Source: a virus
Lineage: Duplodnaviria > Caudoviricetes
IMG/VR virus record: IMGVR_UViG_3300027534_000002
Span: 128,570 to 192,569 of that record
Reading direction: 5' to 3' (one strand)
DNA: 64,000 nucleotides
Positions 32,536 through 41,108 of the stretch are shown here, in pieces (the stretch's first letter is position 1; each line of letters begins with the position of its first letter). The translations under genes and the position numbers were made by a program. The notes below the pieces were generated by a model. That model saw only the letters and a list, made by a program, of their open reading frames with translations, made no database searches and was not told where the DNA came from.

Positions 32536-32980
32536 GGGGGTGAATATGGTTTTCGATTTGATAGTCGAACGTGACATAAGCACACAGTGGTTGACCGGCT
32601 GGCCACTATAAAAGCCGTTCAAACAAACCAAATGCAGAAGACACTGAAGTCGATGCCCTCTTAGCGCAAGCAGAATATATCTTCAATAACGCAGACGAGT
32701 TCGTCTTTGCGGATGAAGAAGCACTGGTTGCCTAAGCTCAACAGCAAATGATCCTATTAAGTTTGCTGAGGTACTACAATAGGTAGTGTTAATACATCTC
32801 ATCACATGTAAACCAAAGATGTCTGTAGTTACTAGCAGTTTGTAGTAGTAGGTAGTGACCCTAAATGAAAGGCCGATGTACCAGCAGACCTAAGTCAGAG
32901 AAATTGCAAATACATCTAAGTGTGTAGAAAGTGTAACCAAGCTATCAAAGACTCCGGTTCAAATCCGGACACCTCCACCA
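32536..32980 (+). ncRNA. ssrA: transfer-messenger RNA
   Basis: 5' GGGGGTG pairs with 3' CACCTCC-ACCA including the G3:U alanine identity pair. T-arm CCGG-TTCAAAT-CCGG. pk1 (AGTGG/CCACT, CGGCT/AGCCG). Tag ORF 32634-32735 ends ALVA*. Confidence 0.93.
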
Positions 32981-32991
32981 TAAATATGTTT

Positions 32992-33591
32992 ATGGATTTC
33001 AAGCAATTTTGTGAAGAGTATGGCGAAGCAATGCAGCTTCTTGAAGACGTTAATGTCAGTGATGAACTAAGGTATCATTTAGATAATAAATTTGCATTAT
33101 ATGAAAATGTATTTCGCATTTACTCAGATGCATATTTTAAATTAATCGAAGAAGTTCGAACACTTTATTTCGATAATAAAATTGCATTATGCAATGAAGA
33201 TGCCGATCTAGTAGAATCAAATATCGGACAAAAGGCTCTTTATAACGGGCGTGAAGTTTGGTTAGATGCACCTATTACAGTCGAAGAAGATTATCTCACA
33301 GAAGCGAAATACAAAGGCAAAAACGTTAACTTGCGAAAACCATTCCGCACACCAGGGGGTCCAAAAAAATTCGCAGTCTATGTCAAGAAGCCGGCATCCG
33401 GTAATATTATTAAAGTAACATTTGGTGATCCTAATTTAAGGATACGCAATGATGATCCAGTAAGAGCCCGATCATTTAGAGCAAGACATAAATGCGAAAC
33501 CAGAAAAGACCCGACAAAGGCAAGTTACTGGAGTTGCAACATTGTAAGATATCGCAAAGCATTAGGAATTAAATCTAGCAGACCATGGTAA
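32992..33591 (+). CDS. DUF6321-like conserved phage protein
   Basis: KKFAVYVK...VTFGDP...SFRARHKC...YWSC; start 32992 follows TAAATA at 32981, directly after the tmRNA CCA. Confidence 0.65.
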   Translation: MDFKQFCEEYGEAMQLLEDVNVSDELRYHLDNKFALYENVFRIYSDAYFKLIEEVRTLYFDNKIALCNEDADLVESNIGQKALYNGREVWLDAPITVEEDYLTEAKYKGKNVNLRKPFRTPGGPKKFAVYVKKPASGNIIKVTFGDPNLRIRNDDPVRARSFRARHKCETRKDPTKASYWSCNIVRYRKALGIKSSRPW

Positions 33592-33857
33592 AATTACCCT
33601 TTACAGAACAGAAAGACGGAGAGCTTCGGCTTCGCACTTTTGGCATTGATGTGCCAGATGATGAATTAATGTGGCATTGGGATGAAGAGGATCGTTACGT
33701 AAAAGTAATTTCCGGTGATAATTGGAAAATGCAATATGACGACCAATTACCCATTCCATTAATTCAAGACGAAATATACTTTATCGCACAAGGCGTATGG
33801 CATCGAATTTTGCGAGGAACTACAGATTTAACAATATCAATCGCCAAACAAAAATAA
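33585..33857 (+). CDS. small cupin-like protein
   Basis: WHWDEEDR...FIAQGVWHRILRG cupin motifs. Confidence 0.65.
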   Translation: MVKLPFTEQKDGELRLRTFGIDVPDDELMWHWDEEDRYVKVISGDNWKMQYDDQLPIPLIQDEIYFIAQGVWHRILRGTTDLTISIAKQK

Positions 33858-33866
33858 ATATCTACA

Positions 33867-36383
33867 ATGAGCTCATTCAAATCACTAATCCAATCTATTC
33901 TAAATGAAGGAGGCCAGGCGGCTGAAAATCTAACTGCAAAATTAATCAAGTCCACTAATAATCCAAATCTAAAGTATAAGAGAGCAACTCCTACTCCCGA
34001 AGTTTTGGATGAAATTCAAAAGATTCTAACTATTCTTAGAAGCCGTGGTTATATCGACCCACAAGAGCCATCATACTATCTTGGTTCTAGTAGGCTATTT
34101 GCAATCAAAGCAGGGCTAAGGGCGCCGGAGCCGAATGAAGTAGAGACCCAAGAAATTATCGACAAAGCACTACAAACGAAAAAGGATTTTGGTGATATTG
34201 ATTTGGATGTTGCATTGAATGACGGAATAACACTAAAAGATATTGGCACGTTTCTTCAAAACGAATACGAGGGCAAATATGCTACAGAGGTCGGTGGTGA
34301 TGAGATCAACACCGCTGTAGTGGTTGCGGGTACTAATGACGTGATCCAAGTAGATATTGTCAACATCAAAGGTAAAGAGAAATTTTTTGGAATGACGCAA
34401 TTCGCGAGCATGGCAGACATGTCGCAAGGAATTAAAGGTGTTGTGCGAGACGTATTGATTCGATCGATTGCGGCTACTACAGACATCGACCCTGTAATGT
34501 CCGTGTCGTTTGACCAAAAAATCAAAAGCAGCGATGCTTATAAAAATTTCGAAGCATCAAACAAATCAAAAGGCGAAATAGGATACAGAATACGATACTC
34601 AATGGCAGGAACTGGCTTGGCATATAGAATCGACTGGACTATAGATGGCAAGCCCCGCAGCTATAGCGCAGGTGGTGTTAAATTCGATCAACTCCAAAAA
34701 TTTGTATCAGGCGAAGATGCACAACCAGTCACATATGATGATATTGATCAGATATCAAGACTGCTTGGATTCAAAGCACCAGAACACATGAAGCATGTCG
34801 TGAAGATGGCGGAATTGGTTTCGACATTCAATGACGACCGCAGACAACTTATATGGAACTCGCTTGTCTCTAACATAAAACCCAAATTGCCAAATGTGGC
34901 TGCAGGGAGAACAGTTGGGCAAATTTCAACACAAGAAGCAAAGCAATCATTGGATTATCTTAAACCGTATTTCGGTGATATTGATTATACCGAATCAAAT
35001 GATCTTTTCTCAGAAAGTGCTGGCAGCACCAATGATATTTCAGAAGCAGTTAAAATGACATCAATTAAACATATCGACCAAATGACTGCTAAAGATTTCT
35101 GTAATCTTTTTAGCGGAGGTGCTTGGGAGGTGTCTGAAAAATATGATGGCTCGAATGTATCATTCGGATTGAATGAGAATGATGAACTTTATGTCAAATC
35201 CAAAAAAGGTAATCCGGTAACAGACGAAAATGAATTCTTCAACATGGCCACGAACTATGATAATGATATTTTTCAAGGATTTGGTAATTTGTTAATTACA
35301 CTCAAACAAAGTGGAGTTGCTTCATTGTTGAAAGGGGTTCAAGAAAGTCTTGGCTCTCCAATTCAAATATTCGGAGAACTATTCAGCAAAGCACACATGA
35401 ATGTCATTCCATATGCACAAGAATTAATTGGAAATGGCGCTGTAGTATTTTTTGGCGTCATCAAGCTAAACACGCCGAAAGGAGCTGACATTACAACCAC
35501 AGACGACGGCATGGCAATTAAAGATCAATTGATAGATGAACTTAATGGGGTCAATGGGTGGAATTTCTATGACAAAAAACCTCTAGCATTGGATATTGGA
35601 GATGACATTAAATCACAAATAGCGAAAACATGCAGTGCAGAAAATATGGCGATTCTTGCCTCTCGCAAGAGAACAGGATCCGAAGCAGAAATGAAAGCAA
35701 AGTCATCTAAAGAATTTGCAGAGCTTCAATCGATGATTAAGAAAACTCTTCTTGGTTCGTTGGGTACAGTATCATCCTCACTAGGCGCAGCAGAAATTGA
35801 AGGAGCAATCATTCGTAATATTGAAACAGGAGCAATCGCTAAGCTTGTCGATCTAGAAGGGTTTGGTCGCCGCCGTGCAGAGCAATGGGCAGGAATCGAT
35901 GCTCTAAAAGATTATCGCAAATCGTTATACAACCAACTCAAAAATGATGTGCTCAATAATGCGGATATTTTTGTTTTGGATGATAAACAAATCCAAAAAT
36001 TAACAGACGCAATGGAAGAGAAGAAATCAAGATTTAATACCTTAGACGAAATGCTTGATGTGCTGTATGGTGATGCTGCTTCTGAAGTCGAATTCAAGGA
36101 AGCAAATCAAATGGTCCTTGATTTGACTAGTACTCTGTCCGCATACAAAGATAATATCGAAGATGCATTAGACGAAATTGCACAAGATGATCAGAAAGCA
36201 CAAGATGATACATTGAAAGCAATTAAAGCAGAAAAGGTAAGAATCGATGGGTTTATTAGCGAATTGAACAAGAGAATCCTCAACAAACAAAATCCATATC
36301 TGTCAGTTATTCAGTTTGTTCTCGGGCCAAAATCTATTGACGAATTCAAGACTAAATTTATGAATGCTGCACAAAATAAATAA
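33867..36383 (+). CDS. fusion of a Pol-beta-type nucleotidyltransferase-like domain and an ATP-dependent ligase-like domain
   Basis: N-half: LGSS...GDIDLDV...QVDIV. C-half: EKYDGSN (motif I), FGELF (III), EGAIIR (IV), AKL (V). Confidence 0.6.
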   Translation: MSSFKSLIQSILNEGGQAAENLTAKLIKSTNNPNLKYKRATPTPEVLDEIQKILTILRSRGYIDPQEPSYYLGSSRLFAIKAGLRAPEPNEVETQEIIDKALQTKKDFGDIDLDVALNDGITLKDIGTFLQNEYEGKYATEVGGDEINTAVVVAGTNDVIQVDIVNIKGKEKFFGMTQFASMADMSQGIKGVVRDVLIRSIAATTDIDPVMSVSFDQKIKSSDAYKNFEASNKSKGEIGYRIRYSMAGTGLAYRIDWTIDGKPRSYSAGGVKFDQLQKFVSGEDAQPVTYDDIDQISRLLGFKAPEHMKHVVKMAELVSTFNDDRRQLIWNSLVSNIKPKLPNVAAGRTVGQISTQEAKQSLDYLKPYFGDIDYTESNDLFSESAGSTNDISEAVKMTSIKHIDQMTAKDFCNLFSGGAWEVSEKYDGSNVSFGLNENDELYVKSKKGNPVTDENEFFNMATNYDNDIFQGFGNLLITLKQSGVASLLKGVQESLGSPIQIFGELFSKAHMNVIPYAQELIGNGAVVFFGVIKLNTPKGADITTTDDGMAIKDQLIDELNGVNGWNFYDKKPLALDIGDDIKSQIAKTCSAENMAILASRKRTGSEAEMKAKSSKEFAELQSMIKKTLLGSLGTVSSSLGAAEIEGAIIRNIETGAIAKLVDLEGFGRRRAEQWAGIDALKDYRKSLYNQLKNDVLNNADIFVLDDKQIQKLTDAMEEKKSRFNTLDEMLDVLYGDAASEVEFKEANQMVLDLTSTLSAYKDNIEDALDEIAQDDQKAQDDTLKAIKAEKVRIDGFISELNKRILNKQNPYLSVIQFVLGPKSIDEFKTKFMNAAQNK

Positions 36384-36424
36384 TTTGTGTTATGCACAAC
36401 CATAGAGGATATTAGATTCGTACT

Positions 36425-36985
36425 ATGAATCTGTTTATTCTTGACGCCGATCCGATTTATGCAGCAGTATTCAATCAAGATCTTCATGTAAAGAAGATCA
36501 TCATTGAAGGAGCCCAAATGCTCGCTAATGCATATGACCGCAATAGATTAGCTCAAATCGATGTGCCACGAACTGATAAAGGAACTCCTCGTGTAGGTGG
36601 TTTGCCTAATCACCCTATGAGTAAATGGGTTCGGGAGAATAGTGCGAACTTTGCATGGACGTTGCGACACATCCAAGCATTATGCGAAGAGTATACATAC
36701 CGCTTCGGTGCGAGGCATTACACAGAAGGGTTCATTGATTGGGTTGCCAATAATATGCCATCTTTGCCAGACAATCCCCAAACGATCCAACCGCAATGCT
36801 TTGCACAAAGTTTTCCTGAGTGTATTGTACCAGGCGATCCTGTAAAAGGATATCACAATTACTACAACAAGGCGAAGCAGTTTTTTGTATATGGTAAAAA
36901 CAGCAAAACACCCCGAAGGGTGTTTGCCAATTGGACTAAACGCAAGACTCCTTATTTTTTCATTCCAATGTCAAGAGATATTTAA
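36425..36985 (+). CDS. pyrimidine-dimer DNA glycosylase/DenV-like protein
   Basis: MNLFILDADP..AA...DLHVKKIIIEGAQML, NHPMSKWVR, LCEEYTYRFG. Confidence 0.75.
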   Translation: MNLFILDADPIYAAVFNQDLHVKKIIIEGAQMLANAYDRNRLAQIDVPRTDKGTPRVGGLPNHPMSKWVRENSANFAWTLRHIQALCEEYTYRFGARHYTEGFIDWVANNMPSLPDNPQTIQPQCFAQSFPECIVPGDPVKGYHNYYNKAKQFFVYGKNSKTPRRVFANWTKRKTPYFFIPMSRDI

Positions 36986-37322
36986 GCTTATTAATTTCGC
37001 TTAAAATTTCATCACGAATATTGAATAATTCCGTATCTTGCTCTGTGCAGTGAGTTGGAAAATCAGTTTCCAGCAAAATGACACAACGAGTTAACGATTC
37101 GAGCACATTAACCTCTTGCATATTCTTTAGTTGCAATGCCTTGCCAAATGTAAGTCTTGTATTGTATCTACCTTGAAAAACTTCAACCAATTTATCGATA
37201 TGACTATCAAGAGAGTCATAAAAAGAACCAAATGCCGAATGTTGCGCATATGATGTTGTTTGCCAGTGGAAAATCTTAGATTGTAGTTGAAGATGCAGAA
37301 GCTGCTCTATAATTTGATTCAT
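36960..37322 (-). CDS. ferritin-like DUF5856-type protein
   Basis: HWQTTSYAQHSAFGSFYDSL...IDKLVE...NIRDEIL..INKLKYLLTL. Confidence 0.7.
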   Translation of the reverse strand: MNQIIEQLLHLQLQSKIFHWQTTSYAQHSAFGSFYDSLDSHIDKLVEVFQGRYNTRLTFGKALQLKNMQEVNVLESLTRCVILLETDFPTHCTEQDTELFNIRDEILSEINKLKYLLTLE

Positions 37323-37333
37323 ATATAATAATT

Positions 37334-37681
37334 ATGCCCGATCTATTATCTTTTGTTTTGATTTGTTATGGTTGTACCATTATTCTAGCGTATGGTAAAA
37401 TCTTTAACAAAATCAGACCGCCATATTCATTCTTCAAATGCCCAATGTGTATAGGGTTTCATGTTGGGTGGTTTTTTGGGTTGTTTTACAAACCAGTAGT
37501 GGTAGATTTGTCATTGATTGAAAATTATTTTTCGATAAGTAATTATATGAAAGATGGAATTCAATTGCTTGCTTCCGGATGTATAAGCGCGGGTGCAAGT
37601 TATTTTTTATCCATGATTGTAAATGATGGAGGAATTAAACATGACACAAGCCGTAGCACATATTTGGACAAAAGACTATAA
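37334..37681 (+). CDS. small membrane protein with CxxC
   Basis: Hydrophobic segments; FKCPMCIGFHVGW. Confidence 0.65.
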   Translation: MPDLLSFVLICYGCTIILAYGKIFNKIRPPYSFFKCPMCIGFHVGWFFGLFYKPVVVDLSLIENYFSISNYMKDGIQLLASGCISAGASYFLSMIVNDGGIKHDTSRSTYLDKRL

Positions 37682-37741
37682 CCTACGACCAGTCGCACGT
37701 TGCTGTGGTGGTCGATAGCTTGGTTTAACAACCAACAACGC

Positions 37742-37775
37742 ATAACAATAGTTTTCGGACTATTGTTATTTTTTA
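37742..37775 (+). terminator. intrinsic terminator
   Basis: ATAACAATAGT-TTTCGG-ACTATTGTTAT plus T-run. Confidence 0.65.
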
Positions 37776-37784
37776 TAATGATTT

Positions 37785-38168
37785 ATGGACATTGACAAAA
37801 TTACAATTATTCTTTATAGGAGATCTAGTAACGGTGATCAGGTTTTAGGATGGTTGCCGAAAGGATCTACTACATGGGTTTTGCCAAATGCAGCATCCTC
37901 TGGCAATCAAAGAGCAGATGCTGTTAATCTGCTTCGGCATATGGGATTTATTAATCCAGACGAGAATGCGTTAAAGATCGATGTGAGGCCGGTCGAGTAT
38001 AATAATCTTCTTTACAAAGCATATATAGTCATTTATAAAGATGAAAATTTGATTAATCTAGATTATCTAGACGATGCAAAATTCATTGATTATCATGAGT
38101 TATTGGCAAAAATGGAATCTCCTTATAAAGATTTGTTGAAAACCATATCAATTTGGAGGCAATTATAA
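37785..38168 (+). CDS. hypothetical protein (possibly a degenerate Nudix fold)
   Basis: TATAAT 5 nt before the ATG; WVLP and AKFID layout resembles Nudix but the catalytic box is absent. Confidence 0.55.
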   Translation: MDIDKITIILYRRSSNGDQVLGWLPKGSTTWVLPNAASSGNQRADAVNLLRHMGFINPDENALKIDVRPVEYNNLLYKAYIVIYKDENLINLDYLDDAKFIDYHELLAKMESPYKDLLKTISIWRQL

Positions 38169-38175
38169 GATAATT

Positions 38176-38376
38176 ATGCATATGGTAAAAACAGAAGATT
38201 GTTATGTTGTAATTGATGAACAGGGAAATCTTGTAGAGGAATACATGGAGTATCTTTTTGACAGTGTAGAAGAAGCAGAAACACACCTTGAAAAGAACGA
38301 CGATGACGCAGATGAATATGAAGTCGTATCTCTGATTGAATTTTTTGATAATATAAACGATAAATTACTTGAATAA
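38176..38376 (+). CDS. small acidic hypothetical protein
   Basis: 66 aa, very D/E-rich. Confidence 0.6.
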   Translation: MHMVKTEDCYVVIDEQGNLVEEYMEYLFDSVEEAETHLEKNDDDADEYEVVSLIEFFDNINDKLLE

Positions 38377-38407
38377 ATAGATCGCCGGTGTTATAGTATG
38401 TGATATT

Positions 38408-39253
38408 ATGACAACCGAAATTAAAACACCAAATACACTTCCTATTGCTGAAGATTTTTATTCAATCCAATGTGAAGGTATTACTACAGGAAAGCCTGCA
38501 TATTTTATCAGGCTCAAGGGATGTAATCTCACGTGCGGTGCATCACCGACATTCATCAAGCAGATTCAACAACAAGGCAAGGGGAATATTGATTCGGGAT
38601 CTTTCCAAGGAGATTTGCATAAAGAAGGCAAGGCAAGTTGGACATGCGATTCGATTCCAGTATGGCTATTCGGCGAAGCAAAGCCATTTGAATATCTGAC
38701 TGATAAATGGCGAGAACAAAAAATGCATGATGGTCTTAGCATGTATGATTGGATTGTTCGACGACAGATCCATTTGATTTGGACTGGCGGAGAACCAACA
38801 ATGCATCAAAAGAAGATCACAGAATTTCTTAATGTATTTGCTGCAAAGGAAAGCATATATCCATATAGTGAATTGGAAACCAATGGATCTCTTAATCTTG
38901 ATGATGATTTTCTTGAAAGCATGAGTCAGATTAATTGCAGCTTGAAGCTCAAAAATTCAGGCATGTCTACAGCAAAGAGACTCAATCCGAAAGCAATTGA
39001 ACAGATTAAAGAGCACTGGAACTCGTGGTTTAAGTTTGTTATTAGCACAGAAGAAGATGTCCATGAATTCATAAAAGAAATTTGCGAACCTCATGATATT
39101 GATATGACCCAAGTTGTGTGCATGCCTGGATTAGATAGGCAAGAAGATTTTCATGAGCGAACACAGTTTGTTCTTGAAATGGCGAAGAAGTATGGTTTCC
39201 ATGGCTTGACGAGAATGCACATCAGTGCATGGGGAGCTACCACCGGCGTCTGA
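38408..39253 (+). CDS. queE: 7-carboxy-7-deazaguanine synthase (QueE-type radical SAM)
   Basis: FYSIQCEG..TGKPAYFIRLKGCNLTC...WTCDS, WTGGEP, ETNG, FKFVI, RMHI. Confidence 0.85.
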   Translation: MTTEIKTPNTLPIAEDFYSIQCEGITTGKPAYFIRLKGCNLTCGASPTFIKQIQQQGKGNIDSGSFQGDLHKEGKASWTCDSIPVWLFGEAKPFEYLTDKWREQKMHDGLSMYDWIVRRQIHLIWTGGEPTMHQKKITEFLNVFAAKESIYPYSELETNGSLNLDDDFLESMSQINCSLKLKNSGMSTAKRLNPKAIEQIKEHWNSWFKFVISTEEDVHEFIKEICEPHDIDMTQVVCMPGLDRQEDFHERTQFVLEMAKKYGFHGLTRMHISAWGATTGV

Positions 39254-39262
39254 TATAATTTT

Positions 39263-40033
39263 ATGATCTCACATATTCAATTTTACAAGGGATATGCTAC
39301 TAAGTTAGCCAATATCGGAACTAAGCGGTTTGATTTCAAACCAGGCATTAATGTATTATTCGGTCCTAATGGATGTGGTAAAAGCACAATCCTCAAAACT
39401 GCCGCGGCATATTGCGCAATCCCTAATTCAGGATGGACGACATTCAGTGACTCAAAGCATTTCATCAATCCAGATGTAGAGTACTACCCACATAATTACG
39501 CAAAGTACTCTCCAGGTAATTGTGTTGCTGATGTTGGATGGGATGGAACTCCTACTCTTTTTAATGCAGGCGATATTGCGGCAGACGAGAGTTGGTTCTA
39601 CAAAAATGTAGGACAGTCTAAGGATAATATCTTCAGCGAGCAAGAGCAGATGTTGGCTATGGTCAATAACCCGTCGAGCGGCGAATACCGGTCTTATCAG
39701 ATCAATAAAATCTTGAATCATATTAAGAGCAATAAAGCTCAAGCGCCCTTAGGTGACGCCAATTCTAATCCACAAGAAGCAGCGTATATCGGGTCATTAC
39801 CAAGAACAGGCAGAAATACTATATTGTTTGATGAACCTGAAAGATCGCTTAGTATGCCTAAGCAATTAGCACTTTTTAATGCATTGGATCATTTTAATGA
39901 TTTTCAGATCATCATATCAACTCATAGTCCTTTGATCTTGTTCAAAGAAAATATCAACATCATCGACGTTGAAGAAGGATATGCCAATGAGTGTATTCAA
40001 ATCTTGATCAATCTATTCGCACAAATTCAATAA
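39263..40033 (+). CDS. ABC/AAA_21-type ATPase
   Basis: Walker A GPNGCGKST, Walker B ILFDEPE, H-loop STHSP. Confidence 0.85.
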   Translation: MISHIQFYKGYATKLANIGTKRFDFKPGINVLFGPNGCGKSTILKTAAAYCAIPNSGWTTFSDSKHFINPDVEYYPHNYAKYSPGNCVADVGWDGTPTLFNAGDIAADESWFYKNVGQSKDNIFSEQEQMLAMVNNPSSGEYRSYQINKILNHIKSNKAQAPLGDANSNPQEAAYIGSLPRTGRNTILFDEPERSLSMPKQLALFNALDHFNDFQIIISTHSPLILFKENINIIDVEEGYANECIQILINLFAQIQ

Positions 40034-40034
40034 C

Positions 40035-40214
40035 ATGTTTTTAACCGAAGCACAAAAATCAAAAATCAAAGACATTATTAAAAGTGCTGGATTATCATAC
40101 CATTCGAATGATGTACTTGAGTATCAAAACTGGCGTGTCCTTGATGCTCTACAAAAGGAAAACAAAGAACTCAAACGTAGAATTGAAAAACTTGAAAAGA
40201 AAAGTTCTAATTAA
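40035..40214 (+). CDS. small hypothetical protein (59 aa)
   Basis: ATG right after the ATPase stop; MFLTEAQKSKIKDII... with a coiled-coil end. Confidence 0.5.
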   Translation: MFLTEAQKSKIKDIIKSAGLSYHSNDVLEYQNWRVLDALQKENKELKRRIEKLEKKSSN

Positions 40215-40431
40215 AGATCCTATAACGAAGGTGTATCTGCAGTGAAGTGAATAATTTCGGATTGTCATAATTATCCAAATCTTCCAAAGAAACAGGTATA
40301 CGATCGTTATTTCCGTGGGGATACAAAAAGCAGGCGTAAGAGTTCTTAAAAAGCATTAAACATGCAGAACCTCTTACGCCTGCTTTATTTTCACAATCGT
40401 AGAATATAAATGTAGACTCAGGAGTAGGCAT
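40207..40431 (-). CDS. hypothetical protein
   Basis: ORF directly downstream of 40434-40748 on the same strand. Confidence 0.5.
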   Translation of the reverse strand: MPTPESTFIFYDCENKAGVRGSACLMLFKNSYACFLYPHGNNDRIPVSLEDLDNYDNPKLFTSLQIHLRYRIFN

Positions 40432-40433
40432 TC

Positions 40434-40748
40434 TTACATTGTAGAATTGGTCACCATGACATCATAATTTTGCTGACATTCTGGACAATCTTTGCATGTA
40501 CAACTATGCTTCATTGCATATTGGCATTTGCCCTTTAGGCGGGGCACCTCAACACCAGGCTTGCTTGAAACGTCAAATTCATCTTCTCTATACATATCTT
40601 CTTTAAGTTTTACCCCTCTTGCGACAAGCACATCTTTTTTTGTAATTTTGCCGTCGCCAGTCAAATCAGTTAGCTTTTTCTTTGATTTCTGGTCTGATAC
40701 TTTTTTATATGCGTCGAATATTAGATCACGTTCTTTGTTTTTTCTCAT
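40434..40748 (-). CDS. hypothetical protein with an EF-hand/dockerin-like loop and a Cys cluster
   Basis: DLTGDGKITKKDVL; CTCKDCPEC; TAAGTA 5 nt before ATG 40748. Confidence 0.65.
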   Translation of the reverse strand: MRKNKERDLIFDAYKKVSDQKSKKKLTDLTGDGKITKKDVLVARGVKLKEDMYREDEFDVSSKPGVEVPRLKGKCQYAMKHSCTCKDCPECQQNYDVMVTNSTM

Positions 40749-40759
40749 GATATTACTTA

Positions 40760-41083
40760 TCAAATATATGATTGTAATGTTTTATACAAAGAATCTTCTG
40801 ATGAAAGACCTGACTGGGTTGAGATAACTTCTCCATCTTTGAACCAAAGCAATGTCGGAATACTTCTGATATTGTGTGTTTTAGCCAATGTTGCAATATC
40901 TTCATCATCAACATTAGCTTTGTATACAGTGATTTGATCTTTGTTTGATTCCGAAAATTTCTCAAGTACAGGTGCAAGCATCTTACATGGACCGCACCAA
41001 TCAGCATAAAAATCGACTAATACTAGCTTGCTATTTTTTAATGCGGAATTATATTCATTTGTTGTTTTGATGGAATTAATCAT
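40760..41083 (-). CDS. trxA: thioredoxin
   Basis: VLVDFYADWCGPCKMLAP, IRSIPTLL; true start 41083. Confidence 0.92.
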   Translation of the reverse strand: MINSIKTTNEYNSALKNSKLVLVDFYADWCGPCKMLAPVLEKFSESNKDQITVYKANVDDEDIATLAKTHNIRSIPTLLWFKDGEVISTQSGLSSEDSLYKTLQSYI

Positions 41084-41108
41084 AGAGTTAAAATAAATAT
41101 ATTCGAGC

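Noticed and set aside
32950-32980. Stand-alone tRNA
   Set aside because: The T-arm and acceptor 3' strand pair with 32536-32542, and there is no nearby anticodon arm; this is the tmRNA 3' end.
32920-32991. N-terminal extension of ORF 32920-33591
   Set aside because: It overlaps the tmRNA; ATG 32992 after TAAATA is the better start.
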